Source of the DNA: Bacteroidia bacterium
GTDB lineage: Bacteria > Bacteroidota > Bacteroidia > SpSt-205
Assembly: GCA_026003235.1 (NCBI GenBank)
Contig: BPGW01000002.1
Span: forward strand, 269,345 to 333,344
Direction of reading: 5' to 3'
Length of the DNA stretch: 64,000 nucleotides
In this document: one piece after another, positions 54,278 to 62,170 of the stretch
How the letters are laid out: the number at the start of each line of letters is the position of its first letter
Position numbering within the stretch: position 1 is the first letter of the stretch
The notes under the pieces: model-generated
What the model was told of the DNA's origin: nothing
Seen by the model: the letters and a program-made list of their open reading frames with translations, nothing else
Database searches by the model: none
Translations under genes and position numbers: made by a program

Positions 54278-55690
54278 TTATTTTATGTTATGATGTTTCT
54301 GATCTAATTTTGCTATAGCCAAGTGTAGCATTCCAAATAAAAGTTGTATGTCTATATATCTTCTATCCACAGCCTCCAATCCTAAGTAAATGAGAATTGG
54401 AGTGAAAGATATAATTCCAACCATTCTTGCGAAATGCCCCTGTTTAGTTATAAATTGTGGGAAAATAATGATGATGAAACATAAAATGTATAATGTTATT
54501 TGATAGATTCTACTTACGGTGTCTCTTAGATGTGCTTTTTCTGATAGAGGGCTTGGCGTGTAGCTGGCTTTACGTAGGCGGACCCAGATTGTTGATAGTC
54601 TAGCCCATGGTTTTTTTACTCTTAATCGTTGGGCGCAGTTCTGAATTTTTGCTATTAGGAGGGCCTCTTTCTCGCAGTCTTCCTGAGAAGGGACTGGGTC
54701 TTCAATTCGCGAAAAAAAGTTTCTATATGTAGAATGTCTCAATAAATTTTCTACTTCCTTCGCATATAGGTATAGACTTTCTGGGGTGCATATTAGATCG
54801 TTCTCTAATTCTTTGAAGATATTTTTCCAGTCAGATAGAGGAGGGACAGCTCCTCTAAAGATATCAGCGAACTCGTAGCCTGTGAGACGAAGGAGTTTTA
54901 TAATAGCTGGTTCTAGACCAGTCTCATAAGTTAAGCTTAGGACAGTACGGGTGCCAGAAAGAGGCCGAAAATCTTGGTAAACTAACCAGTTGCGTACTAT
55001 CCAGGCTCCTTCTGTGAGCAGAAAGGGGGCCAAGAAGAACAAGCTTCCTCGCCATCGGGCTTGCTTCCAAGCGTACCAGGTTGTAGGGAGAAGCCATACT
55101 CCCAAAACAGGCCTTAGGAAGTATACCCACGCAAAAAGCAGGCCGGCTGGAGTCCAGCGTTGCTTTCGTAAAAGGTAGAGCCCAAGCAGCCCTAACCCGC
55201 CTGCGTAGGGTTCTGTAAGAAGCCCCCATATCGTGTGTGGAAAAGTAGGTGTCGCGCCTACGAGGGCTATTCCTAACCCAATAAGCCAAGGCGAGATACC
55301 TTTTCTCTCCAAGTAAGCGGCCCAAATACCCTGTCCGAGCCCCCAAACCAACACCCCTCCTATGCCCAGGATCCAAAAAGCTCCAGCTTCCCCCCCTAGC
55401 ACATAGCCTAAGGCGTAAATTATCCCCAGCCCTGGCAAGCGATAATCGAGCTGGTAAGGCCCCCCTTTGAGGACCCTATAAGTGGGCTCTATGTAGCTAT
55501 ACGTATCTGGGTTGGGATGGAACCACTCTACAGGCCCAAGTTGGAGATTGTGGCGACAAAGAGGGTCTTTGGCACATGTTTCATAGGCCTTTGGGTCTCG
55601 GAGGCGTTGGGCGCTGCTGACCCAGTGTCGTATCTGGTATAGAATGGTTATGACGATAACTACTCCCGTCCATTTTACTACCCTTCTCAT
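54278..55690 (-). CDS. Polytopic membrane protein, low-GC diverged paralogue of 52706-54028
   Basis: 470 aa, collinear with the neighbour: LYQ..RL(K/R)DP..LGPVEWF..DYR(M/L)PG.G, FRPLSGT, C(P/T)PESLY, DP(A/V)PS.E.C..EALL, V(E/D)RRY(V/I)D(V/I)Q. About 37% GC over 54241-54960 and about 50-60% over 54961-55690 (hand counts). Confidence 0.7.
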   Translation of the reverse strand: MRRVVKWTGVVIVITILYQIRHWVSSAQRLRDPKAYETCAKDPLCRHNLQLGPVEWFHPNPDTYSYIEPTYRVLKGGPYQLDYRLPGLGIIYALGYVLGGEAGAFWILGIGGVLVWGLGQGIWAAYLERKGISPWLIGLGIALVGATPTFPHTIWGLLTEPYAGGLGLLGLYLLRKQRWTPAGLLFAWVYFLRPVLGVWLLPTTWYAWKQARWRGSLFFLAPFLLTEGAWIVRNWLVYQDFRPLSGTRTVLSLTYETGLEPAIIKLLRLTGYEFADIFRGAVPPLSDWKNIFKELENDLICTPESLYLYAKEVENLLRHSTYRNFFSRIEDPVPSQEDCEKEALLIAKIQNCAQRLRVKKPWARLSTIWVRLRKASYTPSPLSEKAHLRDTVSRIYQITLYILCFIIIIFPQFITKQGHFARMVGIISFTPILIYLGLEAVDRRYIDIQLLFGMLHLAIAKLDQKHHNIK

Positions 55691-55694
55691 GAGT

Positions 55695-55702
55695 CAAAAG
55701 TA
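55695..55702 (-). promoter_or_regulatory. -7 promoter element (TACTTTTG on minus strand)
   Basis: Plus strand reads caaaagta, 4 nt upstream of ATG 55690. Confidence 0.5.
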
Positions 55703-55717
55703 TGCAACTTCGCTGGG

Positions 55718-56830
55718 ATGCTTCGCGCTGGCATTTTAGGAGGAGGGCAACTGGGCCGCATGCTTATCCAGGCGGCGATTGACCTGGACCTCAAAGTGTA
55801 TGTGCTGGATAGTGCGCCGGATTCTCCTTGTGCGGGGATTGCGCACCGGTTTGTGGTGGGTTCGGTACGGGAGGCGGACACCGTAGAGCGGTTTGCCGGG
55901 GACGTCGATCTGCTGACCCTTGAACTGGAGGAGGTCTCGGTGGAAGGCCTGCGTCGCGCCTCGGCCAAGGGTATCCAAGTAGCCCCAGCCCCGGACCTGG
56001 TGGCGCTGCTTCAGGACAAAGGCCTTCAGCGCCAGGCCTATGCTAAGGCCGGTTTTCCCAGCCCTCCCTTCCAGCTCTGGGAGCCAGGAGAACCCATTCA
56101 GCTGGAATTCCCTCTGATTCAGAAAACCCGAAGGGGTGGTTACGATGGCCGAGGCGTCCAACGGGTTCCTTCTCCGGATGCGCTCTGGCCTGTGCCCAGC
56201 CTCCTGGAAGCCGAAGTGCCCATCGCCAAGGAAATTAGCGTCATCGTGGCGCGCTCAAGGCGGGGAGAAATACGGGCCTTCCCCCCTGTAGAGTCGGTTT
56301 TTCACCCCAAAGCGCATGTGGTGGAGTACCTGCGCATCCCGGCTGATCTGCCTCCGGAGGCTGCACAGACCGCCCAGGCTCTGGCCTTGGACCTGGCTGC
56401 CCACCTGGAGGTGGTAGGCCTGCTGGCGGTGGAACTGTTTTACACGACGGATGGCCGTTTTTTCCTAAACGAATCGGCGCCCCGTCCCCACAACACCGGC
56501 CATGTGACCGTCAAAGCTTGCTGGACCAGCCAGTTTGAGCAGCATTGGCGGGCCCTCTTAGGCCTTCCTCTCGGCGATACCCGCGTCCACACCCCCGCCG
56601 GCTTGGTCAACCTCCTGGGGCCAGAAGGCCAGCACGGAAGGGTTTCTTTTCCCACCCTCCCTGAGCTCCTGGCCTTGCCGGGCACGTCCGTTCACCTCTA
56701 TGGCAAGCGCCGAAGCTCCCCCTACCGCAAACTGGGACATGTCCTTGTCCTGGTGGAGGACCCCGCCGAACTGCCTGACCGCATCGCCGCTGTGCGCCAG
56801 CGCCTCCAGATTGAGGTCCAGCCTGAATGA
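55718..56830 (+). CDS. purK: N5-carboxyaminoimidazole ribonucleotide synthase
   Basis: GILGGGQLGRML, an ATP-grasp core (KTRRGGYDGRGV, EISVIVAR, NESAPRPHNTGH) and a C-terminus of HLYGK..R.KLGHV. Confidence 0.9.
   Translation: MLRAGILGGGQLGRMLIQAAIDLDLKVYVLDSAPDSPCAGIAHRFVVGSVREADTVERFAGDVDLLTLELEEVSVEGLRRASAKGIQVAPAPDLVALLQDKGLQRQAYAKAGFPSPPFQLWEPGEPIQLEFPLIQKTRRGGYDGRGVQRVPSPDALWPVPSLLEAEVPIAKEISVIVARSRRGEIRAFPPVESVFHPKAHVVEYLRIPADLPPEAAQTAQALALDLAAHLEVVGLLAVELFYTTDGRFFLNESAPRPHNTGHVTVKACWTSQFEQHWRALLGLPLGDTRVHTPAGLVNLLGPEGQHGRVSFPTLPELLALPGTSVHLYGKRRSSPYRKLGHVLVLVEDPAELPDRIAAVRQRLQIEVQPE
55749..55903 (+). repeat. Direct repeat, right copy (inside intact purK)
   Basis: Partner of 54076-54230. 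Confidence 0.9.
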
Positions 56831-56876
56831 AGTAGGGACTTCGCTGGGCAAGAAAATTGTTATAGCACGCTGAAGT

Positions 56877-57518
56877 ATGAAGTACAGCATAGCCTTTCTG
56901 TCCGCTCTGCTCTGGTGGAGCGCGTGCACGCAGGCGCCTCAGGCGCCTCAAGCCCAGACTTCCGAAGCTCAAGCGGCCCCTGCTGCTGCCTCAGATGCTG
57001 CGCTGCCTATTGATCCCCAGCGGAGTCAGGTCATCGCCATAGGCACGAAAGTTACGGGCCGCCACGAAATTGCCTTTCCTATTAAGGAAGGCCGACTGGT
57101 GCCTACGCCGGAAGGGTGCGTCTCCGGCGGGCGAGTGGTCCTTGACCTGGCCCGCTTAGAAGTGCGGGATCTGCAGGGCGACCTCAAAGCTAAGCTGGAA
57201 GGCCACCTCAAAAGCCCCGACTTCTTTGATGTGGAGAAGTACCCTGAAGCCATCTTTGAAATCACCGGCTGCGAACGAGTAAAGGATGACTCCGTCTATG
57301 TGTCGGGCAACCTGACTATGCGGGGCGTCACAAAAAATATCCGCTTTCCTGCTCGGCTTTTTATTGAAGGAGGTACCCTTCTTGCTAACGCTTCCTTCAA
57401 CATCAACCGTCAAGAATGGGGCATTGCCTTCAAGGGCAAACCGGATGACCTTATTCGCGACGAGGTCAATATCAGTTTCTCTATTCAGGCTAACGCTTCT
57501 TCGGCTCCATCTCCCTAA
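56877..57518 (+). CDS. YceI-family periplasmic protein (lipoprotein-like signal)
   Basis: Signal sequence with LWWSAC, then SPDFFDVEKYPEAIFEIT..VSGNLTMRGVTKNIRFPARL, typical of YceI-like domains. Confidence 0.8.
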   Translation: MKYSIAFLSALLWWSACTQAPQAPQAQTSEAQAAPAAASDAALPIDPQRSQVIAIGTKVTGRHEIAFPIKEGRLVPTPEGCVSGGRVVLDLARLEVRDLQGDLKAKLEGHLKSPDFFDVEKYPEAIFEITGCERVKDDSVYVSGNLTMRGVTKNIRFPARLFIEGGTLLANASFNINRQEWGIAFKGKPDDLIRDEVNISFSIQANASSAPSP

Positions 57519-57546
57519 ATCAAAAGCCAAGTCTCCAGGCTCAAGC

Positions 57547-57586
57547 GGGGGAGGGTGGGGTAGCCTACCCTCCCCAAGGTTCTTTT
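57547..57586 (+). terminator. Candidate intrinsic terminator after the YceI gene
   Basis: A 12-bp stem (57548-57559 pairs with 57564-57575, one G-U pair) with tetraloop GTAG, followed by aaggTTCTTTT. Confidence 0.5.
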
Positions 57587-57605
57587 ATAGGCTGCATTTT
57601 TGTGC

Positions 57606-58004
57606 ATGGCGTATTGGCTGGTGAAGTCAGAGCCGGAGGAGTACAGTTTTGCCCAGCTGATGCAGGAGGGGGTGGCGAGGTGGGATGGGGTGCGTAATCC
57701 TCAGGCGCAGAAGTACCTGCGTGCTATGCAGGTGGGCGACCTTGTGCTATACTACCACACGGGCGCAGAGCGAGCGATTGTCGGCCTTGCGGAAGTGGTG
57801 CGGGCTGCTTATCCGGACCCTGCCGACCCGCGCTATGGGGTGGTAGACCTACGGGCAGTACGGCCTTTTTCTCGTCCGCTTCCCCTCCAGGCCATTAGGA
57901 AGGAGCCTCTATTTTCCTCCTGGGCGCTGGTGCGCCAGCCCCGCTTATCCGTCATGCCCGTACCCGAAAGCCTTTGGGAGGTTATCCTGGCAAGAGTGAA
58001 GTAA
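57606..58004 (+). CDS. EVE (PUA-like) domain protein
   Basis: MAYWLVKSEPEEYSFAQL....WDGVRNPQAQKYLRAMQVGDLVLYYHTG matches the EVE/DUF55 pattern. Confidence 0.8.
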   Translation: MAYWLVKSEPEEYSFAQLMQEGVARWDGVRNPQAQKYLRAMQVGDLVLYYHTGAERAIVGLAEVVRAAYPDPADPRYGVVDLRAVRPFSRPLPLQAIRKEPLFSSWALVRQPRLSVMPVPESLWEVILARVK

Positions 58005-58011
58005 AATTCTT

Positions 58012-58019
58012 TACCTTTG
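58012..58019 (+). promoter_or_regulatory. -7 promoter element (TACCTTTG)
   Basis: tacctttg lies 7 nt upstream of ATG 58027. Confidence 0.5.
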
Positions 58020-58026
58020 TACCGAT

Positions 58027-58713
58027 ATGGAAACCTTCACAGTATCCCAAGCTTTCAATTTAGCTTGGAAGCGGTTCGGCTCCAACTGGGCCATCTTAAT
58101 CGGGCTTTTCCTGCTGCAGGCGATAGTTGGCCTTATCCCTGTGGTGGGTTCATTGGCGGTCATTTTCATTTTTTACCCTGCTGTGCAGCAGGCGGCCCTC
58201 TTAGCGGTCAGACGGGGGAAGGTTGATTTCGGGGAGGCCTTCAATCCTTTCGGTAAGCTGCTTGAAGCGGGTTTATTCACTTTTCTGGTGGAGCTAATTC
58301 CGCTGGTAGTTATTTTTATAGGGTATGGCCCTCTCCTCTTCGGTGCTCTGATAATCAGCCCTGATATAGAAGAGATAGGTAGTCTTAGCGCCAGCTTCGG
58401 CCTGGTGATACTCGGTTTTATCCTTGCTGTTTTATTTCAGCTTTTTTTCTGGGCTGGTCCGTACTTCATTTTAGACGGTAAAAAGGGCATTGGGGATGCT
58501 TTTGGAGCGAGCTTTTCGCTCTTTTCTCAACATACAGGCAAGGTGATTAGCCTTATGCTACTCTCTATAGTCATAGCGCTTTTAGGGGCGTTAGCGTGTT
58601 GTGTTGGGCTTCTGGTGGCTGCGCCTGTTGTGCAGGTTGCGTGGGCGGCGGCGTATGTAGGGCTCACGGAGGGGGCTTTGCCTGGCGACACGGGGGCCTC
58701 TCAGCAGTCATAG
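58027..58713 (+). CDS. Integral membrane protein, unknown function (DUF975-like topology)
   Basis: 228 aa with 5-6 TM helices and no catalytic motif recognised. Confidence 0.55.
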   Translation: METFTVSQAFNLAWKRFGSNWAILIGLFLLQAIVGLIPVVGSLAVIFIFYPAVQQAALLAVRRGKVDFGEAFNPFGKLLEAGLFTFLVELIPLVVIFIGYGPLLFGALIISPDIEEIGSLSASFGLVILGFILAVLFQLFFWAGPYFILDGKKGIGDAFGASFSLFSQHTGKVISLMLLSIVIALLGALACCVGLLVAAPVVQVAWAAAYVGLTEGALPGDTGASQQS

Positions 58714-58730
58714 CTCTTTCTTAGGGAGTT

Positions 58731-61700
58731 TCAGTCGCTCAGATACCGGTAGCGCCATCGGCGCAGGAGGCGTGCCCAACGTAGCTGGCCTACATGCAAG
58801 AGGTAGTACAGCACAGGCACGACTACAAGGGTGATCACGGTAGCAAAGCTCAGCCCAAAGATGATCGTGGAAGCCAGGGGCAGCCAGAAAAAGGTCGTAT
58901 CCCCCCCAAAGAAGATTTTCGGGTCGCCCTGGGTGAAAAGGGAGACAAAGTCAATGTTGAACCCTACCGCCAAGGGGATAAGGCCCAGCACGGTAGAAGT
59001 AGCGGTGAGGAGTACGGGCTTGAGGCGGAGGGAGGCCCCTTGTACGATAGCCTGGCGGGTCCGGTAGCCCCTTCCCCGCAGCTCTTCAATGAACTCCACG
59101 AGCAAAATGCCGTTCTTCATGATCACGCCTAAAAGGGCGACGATGCCGACGCCGCTTACCACAACGGAAAACTCCAGGCGGCTCAAGGCAAAGCCCCAAA
59201 TCACCCCCAGCAGGCTGAAAAGCACCTGCGACAAGATCACGAGGGTGATCCCCACAGAGTTGAACTGCACCAGTAGCACCAGGAAGATGCCTCCGACGGC
59301 GGCCAGGAAAGCCCCCTGGAGGAAGCGAGCAGCCTTTGCTTGCTCTTCCTGTTCGCCGCCGATGCGCACAGACACGCCTTTGGGCAGCGGGAGGGCTGCC
59401 AGCGCTCTGCGAATCTGGTTGTTGATGAGGGTGGGGTTGTAGCCGGGCAGCACATCGGAGGAAAGGGTGACGGTGCGCTTGAGGTTCTTCCGGCGGATGA
59501 GACCAGGGCCGGAGCTGTAGTGCAGGCTGGCAAAGCTGGAAAGCGGATACTGCTTCAGACGCCCGTCGCTAAAGTCCCGAAATACGATTCGGTGGGTCAG
59601 AAGCCGTTCTGGCTGACGCTGGTAGGCTTCTTTGTAGCGGATTTGGATGGGGTATTCGTCTTCCAGGTAGCGGAACTTAGAGACTTCTTTGCCGTAGAGG
59701 GCTGTGCGCAGTTCGGCGCCGAGCTGGGCGGTGGAAAGGCCGCTTCGTTGGGCCCTTTCCCGATCTATGCGCAGGCGGATTTCAGGCCGGCTCAAAACCA
59801 AATCACTTGCCAGCTCCTGCATGCCCGGTATCTGGAGGGAGTCTAAGTAGGCCTTGATGGTTTGAGAAGCTTGAATAGCGAGGTTGGGGTCTTCGCTGGC
59901 GATCTCAATTTGGATAGGCTTACCTGCGGGCGGCCCGGCTCGATCCCCTTCCACGGAGAGGGTCACGCCAGGCAGGTCCCGCAGCGCTGCATACACGGAA
60001 TCCAAATAAGGGCGGGTAGAACGGCCTTGCCGTTTGCGGTATTCCACGAAAGCTACGGTGATTTTAGCGCGATTGGGGGCGCTGGCCGAAGTCCGGTCAA
60101 AGGGATCACCAGCTGCCACGCCTACGTTGACCAAGATAGAGGTCACCAGGGGGTTGTCTTCTCCCAAGACGGCCTTGACCCGTTCGTAGGCGGTGCGGGC
60201 CACGGTATATGTGTAGTCTACCGAGGTTCCTTCGGGCAGTTTGAGGTAAGCGTAGATGTAATTTGGGTCGCGGGTGGGGAAAAAGGTGATTTTGGGAGGG
60301 TTCAGGGCAAAGAAGGTAAAGCCGCTCACGAAGAGGGCCAAGAGCCCCAGAAGGACCCACTTGGGGTGACCAGGGCGGATGCTCCAGGCCAGGATTCGCT
60401 CATGGGCTGTAATCAGCCTGGGTAGGAGCGAGCGCTGGAATTTCTCAATGAGCCTCTCCAACACAGAGCGGGCAAAGAGGGAAAAAACCAGGATGGTTAG
60501 GGTGAAGTTGCCCAGCCCTTTCGCCCCCATCAGGTAAAAAAGAAGAGCCAGCATCAGAAGCAGAACCAGGCTTAGGAGAAACCCCCGTGTGAAGACCTTG
60601 CGAGCGCCGGGTTTGCGAGGCTTCATGAAGTCTACAGCGAAGACGGGGTTGATGATGTAGGCTACAAAAAGCGAGGCAAAGAGCGTGATGATGAAGGTGA
60701 CGGGAAGGTAGTAGAGGAACTTTCCGGGGATGCTATTCCAGAAGAGGAGGGGCACAAAGGGCAAGGCGGTGATGATAGTGCCGGAGAGCACGGGGGCAAA
60801 TACTTCGGTGGCGGCAAGCTGGGTAGCCTGGAGGATGGGAAGGCGCCCATTGTCAAAGAGGCGGTAGGTGTTTTCTATCACGACGATGGCGTCGTCTACC
60901 ACGATCCCCAGCGCCAGTACGAAGGTAAAAAGCACCACAAGGTTGAGGCTGTAGCCTAAGCTGGGGAAAAGCATGAACGCCACGAAAGAAGAGATCGGGA
61001 TAGAGAGGCCTACGAAGAGCGCGTTGTTCAGCCCGATGAAGAACATCATCACACCCGTCACCAGTAAGAAGCCGATGATGATGGTATTGACGAGGTCATC
61101 AAGCTGGAGGCGGGTGCGTTCGGATTGGTCGTTGGTCACGACCACCCGCAGGTCAGCCGGGAAGAGGTCTTGTTTAGCCCGCTCCAGAAGGGCAAAGATG
61201 GAATCAGCGGTTTCTACGAGGTTTTCGCCTGCTTTTTTGACCACATTGAGGGTGATTACGGGCTTCCCATCCAGAAGGGCGTAGCTTTCGCGTTTTTTGT
61301 ATCCATCGTATACGTCGGCCACTTCTCTCAGGTACACCGGTGCGCCGAAGCCGGAACGCACGACGAGGTTACGCAGCTCTTCCACGGAGCGGAAACGAGC
61401 GTCCACCCTCAGCGTGCGTTTTTGCCGGCCTAGGTCAGCTTCTCCAGCGGAGATCAGCACATTTTCCCGAGCAATGGCGTTTTCAATGTCGCTGAAGGTG
61501 AGGTTTCGGGCTTGGAGCTGGTTCATGTCTACGTCCACGCGGATTTCCCGCTCAAGCGCACCAATCAGATCTACTCGTCGCACTTGCGGAAGGGCCTCAA
61601 TGCGGTCTTTGAGTTCATCGGCGTATTTCTTGAGCTGGGCGGGGCTGTAGTCGCCAGCCAAGTTGATAGACATGATAGGAAACTCCGAAAAGTCCACATC

Positions 61701-62099
61701 GGTGACGGAGGGTTCCTGAGGGAGGTCGTTGGGGAGGTCAGGGCGGGCTTTGTCCACGGCGTCCTTGACGCGGTCTTTGGCTTCCTTCGGGTCTTCGCTG
61801 ACCGAGAACTCCACCACGATCGTGGAGACGTCCTGCTGGGAGTAGCTGTTGATTTTTTCCACGCCGGTCAGGCCTTTGAGCCGTTTTTCTATGGGGCGCG
61901 TGATGAGGTTCTCAATGTCGCTGGGAGAAGAGCCCGGATACACGGTATTCACCACGATGGTTGGGATCACCAGGTCCGGGAAGAGCTCCTTGGGTAAGGT
62001 GAGGTACGAGGTGACGCCGAATACCGTGATGAGGACGGTGAGCGCGTACACGGTGACGCGGTGGCGGGTGGCCCAGACGGTTGGCCCAAAGAGGCGCAT
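58731..62099 (-). CDS. RND-family efflux transporter permease (AcrB/HAE1-like)
   Basis: 1122 aa. N-terminus ..LPKELFPDLVIPTIVVNTVYPGSSPSDIE, with two large periplasmic loops and 12 TM segments in the AcrB layout. Confidence 0.9.
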   Translation of the reverse strand: MRLFGPTVWATRHRVTVYALTVLITVFGVTSYLTLPKELFPDLVIPTIVVNTVYPGSSPSDIENLITRPIEKRLKGLTGVEKINSYSQQDVSTIVVEFSVSEDPKEAKDRVKDAVDKARPDLPNDLPQEPSVTDVDFSEFPIMSINLAGDYSPAQLKKYADELKDRIEALPQVRRVDLIGALEREIRVDVDMNQLQARNLTFSDIENAIARENVLISAGEADLGRQKRTLRVDARFRSVEELRNLVVRSGFGAPVYLREVADVYDGYKKRESYALLDGKPVITLNVVKKAGENLVETADSIFALLERAKQDLFPADLRVVVTNDQSERTRLQLDDLVNTIIIGFLLVTGVMMFFIGLNNALFVGLSIPISSFVAFMLFPSLGYSLNLVVLFTFVLALGIVVDDAIVVIENTYRLFDNGRLPILQATQLAATEVFAPVLSGTIITALPFVPLLFWNSIPGKFLYYLPVTFIITLFASLFVAYIINPVFAVDFMKPRKPGARKVFTRGFLLSLVLLLMLALLFYLMGAKGLGNFTLTILVFSLFARSVLERLIEKFQRSLLPRLITAHERILAWSIRPGHPKWVLLGLLALFVSGFTFFALNPPKITFFPTRDPNYIYAYLKLPEGTSVDYTYTVARTAYERVKAVLGEDNPLVTSILVNVGVAAGDPFDRTSASAPNRAKITVAFVEYRKRQGRSTRPYLDSVYAALRDLPGVTLSVEGDRAGPPAGKPIQIEIASEDPNLAIQASQTIKAYLDSLQIPGMQELASDLVLSRPEIRLRIDRERAQRSGLSTAQLGAELRTALYGKEVSKFRYLEDEYPIQIRYKEAYQRQPERLLTHRIVFRDFSDGRLKQYPLSSFASLHYSSGPGLIRRKNLKRTVTLSSDVLPGYNPTLINNQIRRALAALPLPKGVSVRIGGEQEEQAKAARFLQGAFLAAVGGIFLVLLVQFNSVGITLVILSQVLFSLLGVIWGFALSRLEFSVVVSGVGIVALLGVIMKNGILLVEFIEELRGRGYRTRQAIVQGASLRLKPVLLTATSTVLGLIPLAVGFNIDFVSLFTQGDPKIFFGGDTTFFWLPLASTIIFGLSFATVITLVVVPVLYYLLHVGQLRWARLLRRWRYRYLSD

Positions 62100-62153
62100 G
62101 CCCCAGGAAACGCAAAAAACTCTGAGAAAGTTCCCAGTTTCTTTGGTTCTTTG

Positions 62154-62161
62154 TACTTTTG
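62154..62161 (+). promoter_or_regulatory. -7 promoter element (TACTTTTG)
   Basis: tacttttg lies 9 nt upstream of ATG 62171. Confidence 0.5.
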
Positions 62162-62170
62162 GAAAGCGCT

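Noticed and set aside
54241-54960. Considered whether the AT-rich patches could be products of cytosine-deaminase or RIP-like C-to-T hypermutation.
   Set aside because: Hypermutation would create many stops (CAA/CAG/CGA/TGG to TAA/TAG/TGA). Both patches remain open, and the 54278-55690 protein still aligns along its whole length with its paralogue. The composition is therefore evolved rather than mutational damage.
52610-55717. Considered whether this could be an integrated prophage or ICE at the tRNA Ser-Pro-Arg cluster.
   Set aside because: No integrase, excisionase, phage or conjugation genes are present, and I found no repeat of the tRNA-Arg 3' end. Only the two membrane-protein paralogues and the purK fragment lie here.
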